Source: an uncultured bacterium (GTDB lineage Bacteria; Chlamydiota; Chlamydiia; Chlamydiales; 2-12-FULL-49-11). Taken from it: 64,000 bases of DNA. Below, piece after piece: positions 48,076-57,225 of the stretch (positions are counted from its first letter, which is position 1; each line of letters opens with the position of its first letter). The translations under genes and the position numbers were made by a program. The DNA is taken from assembly GCA_964350315.1 (NCBI GenBank), contig CAYGJD010000001.1, positions 127,084 through 191,083 on the forward strand, given 5' to 3'. The notes below the pieces were generated by a model. It had not been told where the DNA came from, ran no database searches, and saw nothing but the letters and a program-made list of their open reading frames with translations.

Positions 48076-50253
48076 CTATTGTAAGATCATTTTCAATTCG
48101 ATATCTTCGCGACAAAGAGTTAGACAGAGTGTCGGAATGTCTTTTAATTTTTGTGTAGTTGTTTTGTAGTATGTGGCAAGGTTTTCATCTGGTTCTTTTA
48201 TTGCATAGAAAACAATACCCTGTTTAGTTGAAAGTCGGTTGATCTCGGTTACCGGATCGTCCCCTTCATATACGTAAATTTCAGATTGCATTGAAAGTCT
48301 ACATTCGTTGAAGTATTGCTCAAAGTATTCTTCTTTACTCTCTTTTTCAGCAGTACTTTTTACGATAGATTTTAATGTGATGTTTGCTCCGCGCCATAGT
48401 TTTGATTTTTTAAGAGTATGAGCTAAGAGAATCATTAGTTCACAGCTCTTCTTTTCTTTTGGATTGTACCAGATGTCTATGTCATCTCTTTTTTGTCCGA
48501 CTTTTTGTAAATCCCCACGAAGAATTAGTAGATTCAACTTAGCCTCAGACGTAATTTCAATGAGTTGTAGATAATTTGCAAAATGGTCTTCACGAACAGA
48601 TTCACCTAAAACTACCGTATTTGGATTAAGTGGTTTGACTCCAAAATGAGTAATGATATTCCTTAGTCCTTCGAGCAAGTTTTCAGCAATGCTTACTTCT
48701 ACAAGAGCTTCAATTCTGCGTTTTTTCAAGTTGGCTCTTATCACCCTTTCCCATTTGTCAACATCTTCAAATTGAGCATTCCCCTCTTTAAAAATCGAAG
48801 CTAATGTAAGAATTCCTTGACCATTTGACAGTTGGTTAGCAACACCCAAAAGTGGAGACTTAAGCGAGGCACTCTCTGATAACACAAGAAAATTAGGCCG
48901 CCAAGATCTGTGTGTTTGTTCTTCGCCGTTGAGTTTGTATATAGCGTAGCGACTTATAGAGAATAAAATTGTTTGTTTTAAGTCATTCCATTTTGATACT
49001 GATTTCCATTTTCTCACTAATACAGCAATGAAAATTGTGAGTCCACATGCAAAAAAGGCCTCGCCTGCATCCATCATAAACATTGAAAAAAAACAGAAAA
49101 AAGCACCTAAAACAGGAGCTAGAGGCCAAACGTAAACAGAAGGACGCCATGAAGGGCTTCCAACTAATTGCTCAACAGCTACAGCCAAGTTTAGCATTCC
49201 ATAGACGATGAGAATCACCTTTGTCAATACAGGTACAACCCCGCCCATTGAACCAATTGAAATCCCGATCGCAACAAATATTGCTGTTAAAATTGTTGAA
49301 GCACGCAAGTTTCTAAAAAGCTTAGGAAACAATCGATCCTCTGCCATTGCCGTAAGAGTGTTAGGCGCGGTTAGTAAGCATCCCATTGCAGAGAACAATG
49401 TAGATCCAAATAGACCCATGAGTGCAAAAGGGCCTAAAGGGGATAAAAATTGAAGAATATTTTTTGTTGAGAGCAGCGTTTCTCTTGGCACAACCTTCCA
49501 TAGAATAAAGGTGATACATAAATAAAAGAAAAATCCAGCAAGTGTCACAGAAAGAGTTCCAATAATTAATCCAAATCTAGGGCGTTTTAATTCAGAAGAC
49601 ATTGCAGAACCAGCTTCAATGCCTATTAGCGATGGATATAGAAGGGCAAAGATATACCAAAATCCTGTTGGGGCTGTTTCAATGGTTGAGGTTGTTGTAA
49701 TCGTTTGAAAGGGACCAACTATAAAGAATGCAAGCGTTGCAAGTATTGCGATAAAAATGACAATTTGAAGTCTTAGCGCCAGTTTTGTTGAGGTAAATGC
49801 TGTTAGTGTTACAAAAGAGAGCATTCCCCAACGAATAGCTAGAGGGTCTATGTTCGGTAAAAACATACTAATAGATGATGAAAGACCCATGATGCACAAG
49901 GAGGCCATCAATGTATGTGCGATGTAGAGAGCAACTCCTGCTGATGCGCCGATCTCATATCCAAAGCACCGCGAGAGCATGTAGTACATCCCCCCTCTTC
50001 CGATCTTTGTGTTTGATGCCATTGCTGTGACTGATAGGGCTGTAAAGAGAGTAATTAACAAGCCTAAAAACAAAGCTGCGACAACAGTAAAAACTCCTTC
50101 AGAACCGACCAAAAATCCAAGATTCAAAAAAAGAAGAGCTCCTGTCATAGTTATAAAACTGGGTAAAAAAACACCCGTAAAAGTGCCTATCCCCTGTTTT
50201 TTTTCTTGGGAGGCCCAAATTCTTTTATGGGCTATATCACGTAAGGTTTGCAT
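48076..50253 (-). CDS. Cation-chloride cotransporter (SLC12/CCC)-like APC permease
   Basis: GTFTGVFLP, GGMYYMLSRCFGYEIG, MSSELKRP, PSWRP and the C-domain motifs RSWRPNFLV and PNTVVLG. Confidence 0.85.
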   Translation of the reverse strand: MQTLRDIAHKRIWASQEKKQGIGTFTGVFLPSFITMTGALLFLNLGFLVGSEGVFTVVAALFLGLLITLFTALSVTAMASNTKIGRGGMYYMLSRCFGYEIGASAGVALYIAHTLMASLCIMGLSSSISMFLPNIDPLAIRWGMLSFVTLTAFTSTKLALRLQIVIFIAILATLAFFIVGPFQTITTTSTIETAPTGFWYIFALLYPSLIGIEAGSAMSSELKRPRFGLIIGTLSVTLAGFFFYLCITFILWKVVPRETLLSTKNILQFLSPLGPFALMGLFGSTLFSAMGCLLTAPNTLTAMAEDRLFPKLFRNLRASTILTAIFVAIGISIGSMGGVVPVLTKVILIVYGMLNLAVAVEQLVGSPSWRPSVYVWPLAPVLGAFFCFFSMFMMDAGEAFFACGLTIFIAVLVRKWKSVSKWNDLKQTILFSISRYAIYKLNGEEQTHRSWRPNFLVLSESASLKSPLLGVANQLSNGQGILTLASIFKEGNAQFEDVDKWERVIRANLKKRRIEALVEVSIAENLLEGLRNIITHFGVKPLNPNTVVLGESVREDHFANYLQLIEITSEAKLNLLILRGDLQKVGQKRDDIDIWYNPKEKKSCELMILLAHTLKKSKLWRGANITLKSIVKSTAEKESKEEYFEQYFNECRLSMQSEIYVYEGDDPVTEINRLSTKQGIVFYAIKEPDENLATYYKTTTQKLKDIPTLCLTLCREDIELKMILQ

Positions 50254-50485
50254 GATGATATTATATAATGAGAAAGGGGAGAAATGCAAAAGATATTTTC
50301 TTTATAAAAAATCAGTTAAAAAGTTCCTTATATAGATAAATAACATTTTGTAACAAAACCAATGCCTTGTTTCCAGTCTTGCCATTGAACAATTAAAGAA
50401 AAGTAAAAATCTTTGAAAGATCTTAAACTTCGATTCTTAAATTACACATTAATTCTCTTGATTCAAAACTATTTCTTACGATACT

Positions 50486-51946
50486 ATGGCGTTTATGATC
50501 ATTTCAGAATTAGAAAAAAGAATACAAGATAGTATCAAGGGCGCTAAAAAAAATCGCGTTGTACTAGAAGACTATGATTTAGAGGCTGACATTAAGTGTA
50601 GGCTTCTTCTTAGCGAAATCACCCAAGATGAAATTGATATCTTAGAAGAAATTTTGTACTCATCATTGATTATTAAAATTGAAAAACTCGCAGAAGAACT
50701 TGAGCTTTCAATCGAACAGGTAAAAGAGTTTGTTGAAAGATTTGAGAGCGCAGAACTTTATTCTATTGAAGGAAAGTTATTAAAAGTAAATAAAGACAAA
50801 CGTAAATATTTTGAAACGCAGTTAGCAAAATTTGACGAAACGTTTTCTCCTGGAATGGATTTTCTTCAAAGCTTATTAAAAAATGTTCCTATTCAAGTAT
50901 TGCCTGCATGGTATCAAATTCCAAGATCATCCAATAACATCTTTGAATCACTTGTTGAAAAATATTTACATACACCGCGTATTTATCAAAGATATGTGCC
51001 AGAGTTCCTTTCTGAGGATTCGATGATTAAAAACATCCTTACAGATCTCAATAACACACCCGACTATAAGTTGTACGTGAAAGATATTTGTAAGAAGTAT
51101 CAGATTTCAAGAGAAGAGCTTACTGAGGTTCTTGTTGCCGGCGAATTCAACTTTTTGTTTTGTTCTTCGTTTGAGCCACAACTCGACAGATGGGAAGAGA
51201 TTGTAACCCCTTTTTGTGAATGGCGCGATTATCTATTATATTTACAAGATCATGCCCCTAAAGGAATAGAAGCACACTTTGAGATCGATCTTAGACGAAA
51301 TAATGAATATGCTTTTATTGAAGATCTTGCATCTATACTCAATAAATGTAAGGAAGTCGACTGCGTTGTGCTTTTCAATCACAAAGACGATTCCTTTAAA
51401 GTTTCACCAGAAGATGGTGAGGTTTTGATAGAAGCTCTAGAAGGACTAAACCTTACCGTTGAATATATCGATCGGATTATCAACAAGTTGCTTGTCTTAG
51501 GTCTTGCTGTTATTGAAGATGAGTTTTTAAAGCCTACAGATCATGCGAGTGACTGGATAGCTATGCCGATTGAAAAAAGAGCTCATATAACATTTAAACA
51601 CCCTCATAATTTCCTAGACATTCAAAAAATATCCCCCCTTTCAACAGAGCGCAGCATTCTAGAAATACAGAAGAGCATGGGAAATATAGCTAAACTAGGC
51701 TGGGTGTATTTTGAAGACTTTTTGAAGGGCTGCCCAATTGAAATTTCTGATGAAAGAAAGATCTTTCTAAAAAAACAAGGTAGAGCATGGAGCTATACTT
51801 TGCCTGATTATACTCCTGAAGAAGTCTCCTTAATCCGCTATACCGTTATGGAATGGTTTTTTGAATCTGGCATCGTGCAGAGCGGAATTTGCGACGGCAA
51901 GGAGTGTTTCAAGCTCACTCATTTAGGGCGTTCGATTTTCACCTAA
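50486..51946 (+). CDS. Conserved hypothetical protein (chlamydial type; possible winged-helix segments)
   Basis: 486-aa ORF with LEEILYSS, NKDKRKYFE and WYQIPRSSNNIF; family recalled from memory only. Confidence 0.75.
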   Translation: MAFMIISELEKRIQDSIKGAKKNRVVLEDYDLEADIKCRLLLSEITQDEIDILEEILYSSLIIKIEKLAEELELSIEQVKEFVERFESAELYSIEGKLLKVNKDKRKYFETQLAKFDETFSPGMDFLQSLLKNVPIQVLPAWYQIPRSSNNIFESLVEKYLHTPRIYQRYVPEFLSEDSMIKNILTDLNNTPDYKLYVKDICKKYQISREELTEVLVAGEFNFLFCSSFEPQLDRWEEIVTPFCEWRDYLLYLQDHAPKGIEAHFEIDLRRNNEYAFIEDLASILNKCKEVDCVVLFNHKDDSFKVSPEDGEVLIEALEGLNLTVEYIDRIINKLLVLGLAVIEDEFLKPTDHASDWIAMPIEKRAHITFKHPHNFLDIQKISPLSTERSILEIQKSMGNIAKLGWVYFEDFLKGCPIEISDERKIFLKKQGRAWSYTLPDYTPEEVSLIRYTVMEWFFESGIVQSGICDGKECFKLTHLGRSIFT

Positions 51947-51967
51947 ACAAGAGGTGAATTCACCAAT

Positions 51968-53902
51968 CTAAGAGATCTTCGAGCGAACCATCGAGATTAA
52001 ACTTCCTGCCATCAAAGAATCGAGTTCAAGAGGAGAAAATTTATGAGCTATCTCATAATCCTCGCCCTTTGTTTTGTTGTGAACTCTTAAGCTTCCTGAC
52101 CCTTTCAGACCTTCGTGGATATTACTTAACTCAAGGATGTCCCCTTGCGTGATCTTGTCATAGTCTGCTTCATTTGCAAATGTAAGTGGTAACACCCCAA
52201 AGTTTATGAGATTTTTCCTGTGAATCCTTGCAAAGGCTTTAGCTATAACAGCCCGAACACCGAGATAACGTGGAGAGATAGCTGCATGTTCTCTACTCGA
52301 TCCTTGACCATAATTTTTTCCACCAATTATGACTGAGCCAACATCTCTAGATGCCATAGCGCGTTTATAAAACGTATCATCAAGTTGGTAGTATGTGAAT
52401 TCTGAAATCTTTGGAATATTACTTCTAAACGGCAACACTGTTGCTCCAGCGGGTGAGATATCATCAGTTGAAATGTTGTCGCCTGTTTTCAAAATAACTC
52501 CTGCATGAAACTCATCTGGTAGTTCAGGAAACTCTGGGAAATCACCAATGTTAGGCCCTTTAATAATTTCTCCCCTCTTCTCGATAGGTTTTGGAGCTAT
52601 TAAATCTGAGACGATGACCATCGTTTTTGGCTCTTTGAATTTTGGGTAAGGAAAATCCATATCTCTTGGATCTGTGATTTTTCCTGTCAAAGCTGACGCT
52701 GTTGCTGTTTCTGGAGAACATAGATAGACTTGGTCTTCTTTTGTTCCTGAGCGGCCTGGGAAGTTTCTTGGCACTGTTCGAAGAGAGATTTGTCCAGTTG
52801 CTGGGGCTTGTCCCATTCCAATGCAGCCGTTACACCCTGCTTGGTGAATTCTGGCTCCTGCACGAGTTAACATTCCTAAGTACTTGTTTTCTGTCAGATA
52901 GTTGAGCACTTGTCTTGAAGAGGGATTGACATCAAAAGAGACAGACTCTGCTATTTTGCGGCCATCAACCATCATTGCAGAAATCGCAAAGTCACGGGCA
53001 CAAGGATTTGCTGATGATCCAATGTATGATTGAAAAATCGGACGACCTGCAACTTCTCGAACAGTTTTTACGTTTCCAGGGCTTGATGGAAGTGAAATTA
53101 GAGGCTCAAGAGTGCTTAGATCGATTTCTTCGTGTTCATCATAAGTAGCATCTGAATCAGCAACAAGCTTTGTATAATCACCTTCTCTTCCCATCTGAAT
53201 AAAAAATGCTTTTGTGATTTCATCAGAAGGAAAAACTGTTGTTGTAGCGCCGAGTTCTGCTCCCATATTTGCAATTACATGTCTGTCCATAGCTGTAAGA
53301 TTCGCAAGACCGGGGCCGTAATATTCAATAATTTTACCAACGCCGCCTGCAACATCATGACGTCTTAGCATTTCTAATATCACATCTTTTGCGCTGACCC
53401 AATCTGGAAGTTTACCTGTTAGCTTAACTCCCATGATTTTAGGCATGTTTGTATAAAATGGTTGACCTGCAATAGCAAGAGCTACTTCTAGTCCTCCTGC
53501 ACCAATCGCAAGCATTCCTAAAGAACCTGAAGCTGGGGTATGACTATCAGACCCTACGAGCGTTTTACCTGGCTTGCCAAATCTCTCACACTGTATCGCG
53601 TGACTAATTCCATTTCCTGGTTTACTAAACCAAAGTCCAAATTTTGCTGCTGCTGTTTGAAGAAAAAGGTGGTCATCTGGATTCTTAAAGTCAGCTTGTA
53701 TTTGATTGTGATCGACATATTGAACAGAGCACTCTGTCATTGCATCTTTAAGGCCAAGAGCCTCTAACTCAAGCATTACCATTGTGCCGGTAGCATCTTG
53801 AGTCAAAGTTTGATCGATTTTAAGACCAATCTCTTCTCCAGGAATCATCTTTCCTGACACTAAGTGACTCTCAATAAGCTTTTGAGTAACGTTTTTTCCC
53901 AT
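51968..53902 (-). CDS. Aconitate hydratase (short, about 640-aa type)
   Basis: TQDATGTM, VDHN, GSDSHT, CNGCIG, RNFPGRSG, STDDISP and NYGQGSSREHA. Confidence 0.9.
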   Translation of the reverse strand: MGKNVTQKLIESHLVSGKMIPGEEIGLKIDQTLTQDATGTMVMLELEALGLKDAMTECSVQYVDHNQIQADFKNPDDHLFLQTAAAKFGLWFSKPGNGISHAIQCERFGKPGKTLVGSDSHTPASGSLGMLAIGAGGLEVALAIAGQPFYTNMPKIMGVKLTGKLPDWVSAKDVILEMLRRHDVAGGVGKIIEYYGPGLANLTAMDRHVIANMGAELGATTTVFPSDEITKAFFIQMGREGDYTKLVADSDATYDEHEEIDLSTLEPLISLPSSPGNVKTVREVAGRPIFQSYIGSSANPCARDFAISAMMVDGRKIAESVSFDVNPSSRQVLNYLTENKYLGMLTRAGARIHQAGCNGCIGMGQAPATGQISLRTVPRNFPGRSGTKEDQVYLCSPETATASALTGKITDPRDMDFPYPKFKEPKTMVIVSDLIAPKPIEKRGEIIKGPNIGDFPEFPELPDEFHAGVILKTGDNISTDDISPAGATVLPFRSNIPKISEFTYYQLDDTFYKRAMASRDVGSVIIGGKNYGQGSSREHAAISPRYLGVRAVIAKAFARIHRKNLINFGVLPLTFANEADYDKITQGDILELSNIHEGLKGSGSLRVHNKTKGEDYEIAHKFSPLELDSLMAGSLISMVRSKIS

Positions 53903-54003
53903 TTAGATTTCCCCCAATACGTCTTTGTCTATACTATTAGTGAATGGGGTTGTTTTGAGCAAGCTCTTTTCAAGAGAGGTTATTTGTATTTGTATTCAAT
54001 AAC

Positions 54004-54579
54004 TTAAAGGCTTTGCGGAATAGGCCTGTTGCGCCAGTAATATGGTCCATAATCAAATGTCATTTCATCGCCAACCTCAATAACACAGGAAGAAAAAAAC
54101 GCAATGTGGGCAACTTCGTCAGCAATAATCCATCTTGAGATAAGATTGGGCGAATAACTGTGGTTGAAAAACCTAGTGAAATTCCCTTTTTTTGAGGCGT
54201 CTATAACCCATGGCGTTGTAAATCTTCCGTCTACATATCCAAAAGCATAATCATTTTTACTGTCAGATCGAACTCTATTGCGCACCTCTCCCGTATATTC
54301 TCCAATAAAAGTAAGAGGTGCTATGCGCTCTTTTGCGATGACACCATATCCAACAAGCGGATGAATTTTTTCAATTGAAAAGGCTTTTTGTTTTTTTTGT
54401 TTAAGCTCCTGAGCAAACAACGAACATGACCAGCGATTATAAGCAGCAAAATGCTTTTTCTTCATTTTTTTAAGACAACGCAGGCGTACCTTTTCGTGAA
54501 TCTTCTCACAAGAAAACTCTAGTTCATCGATATATTCAAAATCGAGAGCTTGGCAGAAAGTTTGATTTAAGGTCTTCAT
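54004..54579 (-). CDS. SET-domain protein (chlamydial NUE-like)
   Basis: VGYGV, FIGEYTG, IDA...GNFTRFFNHSYSPN and FDYGPYYW. Confidence 0.88.
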   Translation of the reverse strand: MKTLNQTFCQALDFEYIDELEFSCEKIHEKVRLRCLKKMKKKHFAAYNRWSCSLFAQELKQKKQKAFSIEKIHPLVGYGVIAKERIAPLTFIGEYTGEVRNRVRSDSKNDYAFGYVDGRFTTPWVIDASKKGNFTRFFNHSYSPNLISRWIIADEVAHIAFFSSCVIEVGDEMTFDYGPYYWRNRPIPQSL

Positions 54580-54606
54580 ACCTCTTTTCGATACCTTCTT
54601 TTATCA

Positions 54607-56058
54607 TTAATATAAACCAATAATATGCCACCAAAGAGAGCCTATTCCCAACCAGATGACTAGATTGACAACACTAATAATAAAACCAATTCGCCACCAG
54701 TCTTTTGCTGAAACATATCCAGCCCCATAAAAAATAGCTGCAGGTCCGCAAGCATAAGTTGTCAATGAACCAAATAAATTACTCATGAATGCAAGAGTAA
54801 AGGCTGCAAGTGTTGGTGAAACACCAATTGCTATCGCAAGAAGTAAAAATGGAGTATACATCGCAGTAATATGTGCCATGTTGCTTGCGAAAAAATAGTG
54901 CGAATAGAAGTATAGAAGTACAATAACTAAAAAGCCGACAACAGTATTATAATCTGCTACTTTTACGCCAATATGGACAGAAAACCAGTCCATGAAGCCG
55001 TACTTAGAAAGCATTGTTGCCATCGCAAGAAGTGATGCAAACCAAAAGAGAGTGTCAATCGCGCCCTTTTCAGACAACACGTCATCCCAATTTAGTACGT
55101 CCATTATAAGTAGCATACAGAGGCCTAAAAGAGCAGTTATTGCAGCCGGAATTCCCGTCCATTCTGCTGTAGTCCAAAAAGTGATCATCACAACAAAGGA
55201 AAAAATCATGATCCATTCATTTGTTGTAATTCTCCCCATTTCAATAAGTTTTTCCTTAGCGAACTGAGCACTTTCATTGCTATTTTTCATTTCAGGAGGA
55301 AAAATCTTAAGTAAAATCCATGGAATAAATGCAAGAGAGCACAAGCCTGGAACAATCGCTGCTGCTGCCCAAGTTCCCCATGTCATAGTCACTCCGCATT
55401 TTTCAGCTAAACCCTGCACCAAAGGATTTCCGGCCATCGCAGTAAGAAACATTGCACTTGTAACAGCACCACATTGAAAAATAGTAACAATTAGATAAGC
55501 GCCAATTTTCTTAGGATTTTCGTTCGGATGAGATCCAAAAGCTTTGGAAAGTGAGGATACAAGTGGATACATAATTCCACCAGCTCGTGCTGTTACGCTT
55601 GGTATTGCGCTTCCTAATATCCAATCTGTAAAAATCAATCCGTAAGCCATGCCGAGAGTGCTTTTTCCAAATATGGACATAACTTTATACGCAAGTCTTA
55701 AGCCAAGCCCAGTTTTAATAAATCCTCGGGCAAAGAAAAATGCTACGATAATAAGCCAAACAGTTGGATTGGAAAATCCCTGAAAAGCTTCTGGGAAGGT
55801 AATTACCTGCGTGAGTAGCAAAGTCGTTAAACTTGTGATAGCAAGAGCGCCGGTGGGGATCGGCTTTAAAATCATTCCTACAATTGTATATACAAAAACA
55901 GCAAAGATTTTCCAGGCTTTTGGATTCAATCCTTCTGGCTGTGGAGTAAACCAAATAATAAGACCTAAAGCGATACAGATTGAAAAATAGATTTTCTTTT
56001 TATCAAATGGTAGCGTTCTTGGATTTGTTGTCTGTGATGGGGTAGAAATTGCGCTCAT
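54607..56058 (-). CDS. DASS family dicarboxylate transporter (2-oxoglutarate/malate translocator-like)
   Basis: GFIKTGLGLR, PSVTARAGG, SAMFLTAMAGNP, YSHYFFAS..AH and GAGYV. Confidence 0.93.
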   Translation of the reverse strand: MSAISTPSQTTNPRTLPFDKKKIYFSICIALGLIIWFTPQPEGLNPKAWKIFAVFVYTIVGMILKPIPTGALAITSLTTLLLTQVITFPEAFQGFSNPTVWLIIVAFFFARGFIKTGLGLRLAYKVMSIFGKSTLGMAYGLIFTDWILGSAIPSVTARAGGIMYPLVSSLSKAFGSHPNENPKKIGAYLIVTIFQCGAVTSAMFLTAMAGNPLVQGLAEKCGVTMTWGTWAAAAIVPGLCSLAFIPWILLKIFPPEMKNSNESAQFAKEKLIEMGRITTNEWIMIFSFVVMITFWTTAEWTGIPAAITALLGLCMLLIMDVLNWDDVLSEKGAIDTLFWFASLLAMATMLSKYGFMDWFSVHIGVKVADYNTVVGFLVIVLLYFYSHYFFASNMAHITAMYTPFLLLAIAIGVSPTLAAFTLAFMSNLFGSLTTYACGPAAIFYGAGYVSAKDWWRIGFIISVVNLVIWLGIGSLWWHIIGLY

Positions 56059-56131
56059 AAGATCCTCTCTTGAATGAAGAAAGATATTTTACGCAATTAT
56101 CACATTTAGCTCCAAGCAATATCGGATCGAT

Positions 56132-56965
56132 TTATATCTCAATACAAGATGGGTCTTTGTCATCTGGAGTATACGTGTCAAGGTGCAGGATGTACTCATT
56201 TCCATTGCTCATGACAACCTTTTTTTGAACAACCTCTACATTTACAAATTTGCCACACTTTTTGGTTCTTTTCGTTATTTTTACAATATCTTTTATCGTC
56301 ATATGTTTTTCTGAAGCAGGATTTTCACTGAACGTCCCAATATTCATTCCGATAACTTCTTTTTCATCATATCCGAGGTGATTTGTACAATTTTTTCCTA
56401 CAACATCTTTAATAATGCCATGTGCGTCTGTCACCCAAAATCCAGCATTGGGCGCACTTGAAACAAGCGCCTTTAAACGAATGATTTCAATTTCCTGCAT
56501 ATGAGCGATCTCATCTCTATCTACAAGAACAAAAAACGTGTTTTCATCACAATAGACTCTTGCGCGAATATGATTTAAACGCTTCTCATCTACACCAAAG
56601 GGAATTGTAATCTCAACAACAGGTCGTTTATGTCTTTTTGCGAATACTTTAGAAAATAATTTTGTGATTGTCTTTTGCTTTGTGGACGTCATTAAGTGAA
56701 AAAATTTCGTGTCCAATACTGAATCGCCATACCCACCTGAAAGAACGCGATAGGGATCGTTTATTTTGATGATTTCATAAGTTTGAGAATCTAATATTAA
56801 AAATATGCCATCAAATAAGTTATCTGTAAGCAATTCTATAACTTTACTTTTTGGTTCAAGATTGATGTGTTTTTTCTTGAAAAACAAACCTTTTCTTTTA
56901 GTTTTCATTGTGGAGTCAAGAATTTGACTCGCATGAGCCATCGAAATCATGCCTATACTATTCAT
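56132..56965 (-). CDS. Stand-alone tandem PAS-like domain protein
   Basis: Two PAS-like units: LLTDNLFDGIFLILD...IN, and LVSSAPNAGFWVTDAHGII...LGYDEKEVIGMNI. AGGAG RBS before ATG 56965. Confidence 0.65.
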   Translation of the reverse strand: MNSIGMISMAHASQILDSTMKTKRKGLFFKKKHINLEPKSKVIELLTDNLFDGIFLILDSQTYEIIKINDPYRVLSGGYGDSVLDTKFFHLMTSTKQKTITKLFSKVFAKRHKRPVVEITIPFGVDEKRLNHIRARVYCDENTFFVLVDRDEIAHMQEIEIIRLKALVSSAPNAGFWVTDAHGIIKDVVGKNCTNHLGYDEKEVIGMNIGTFSENPASEKHMTIKDIVKITKRTKKCGKFVNVEVVQKKVVMSNGNEYILHLDTYTPDDKDPSCIEI

Positions 56966-57144
56966 GCATTGTTCTCCTAAACCATTATTCATTACCAGCA
57001 CCTTGTTGAAGTCTCATGTACGTCGTTATTGTAAATTTATCGTAAAGATACACGTACAATATAGAAAATTACTTATTTGTTAAATCTTTTTTTTATCTTA
57101 ATGAAGGAAAATTGTTGCATACACGAAAATTGGTCATATACATC

Positions 57145-57201
57145 AAAAAAGACGCACAACATTTGATAGATAATAAATATCATCATTCAAAGTTGTGCAT
57201 C
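57145..57201 (-). terminator. Long hairpin terminator after the 753-aa gene
   Basis: Minus strand GATGCACAAC...GTTGTGCGTC followed by TTTTTT. Confidence 0.6.
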
Positions 57202-57225
57202 TCTTTGCATAAATGTACAAATGAA

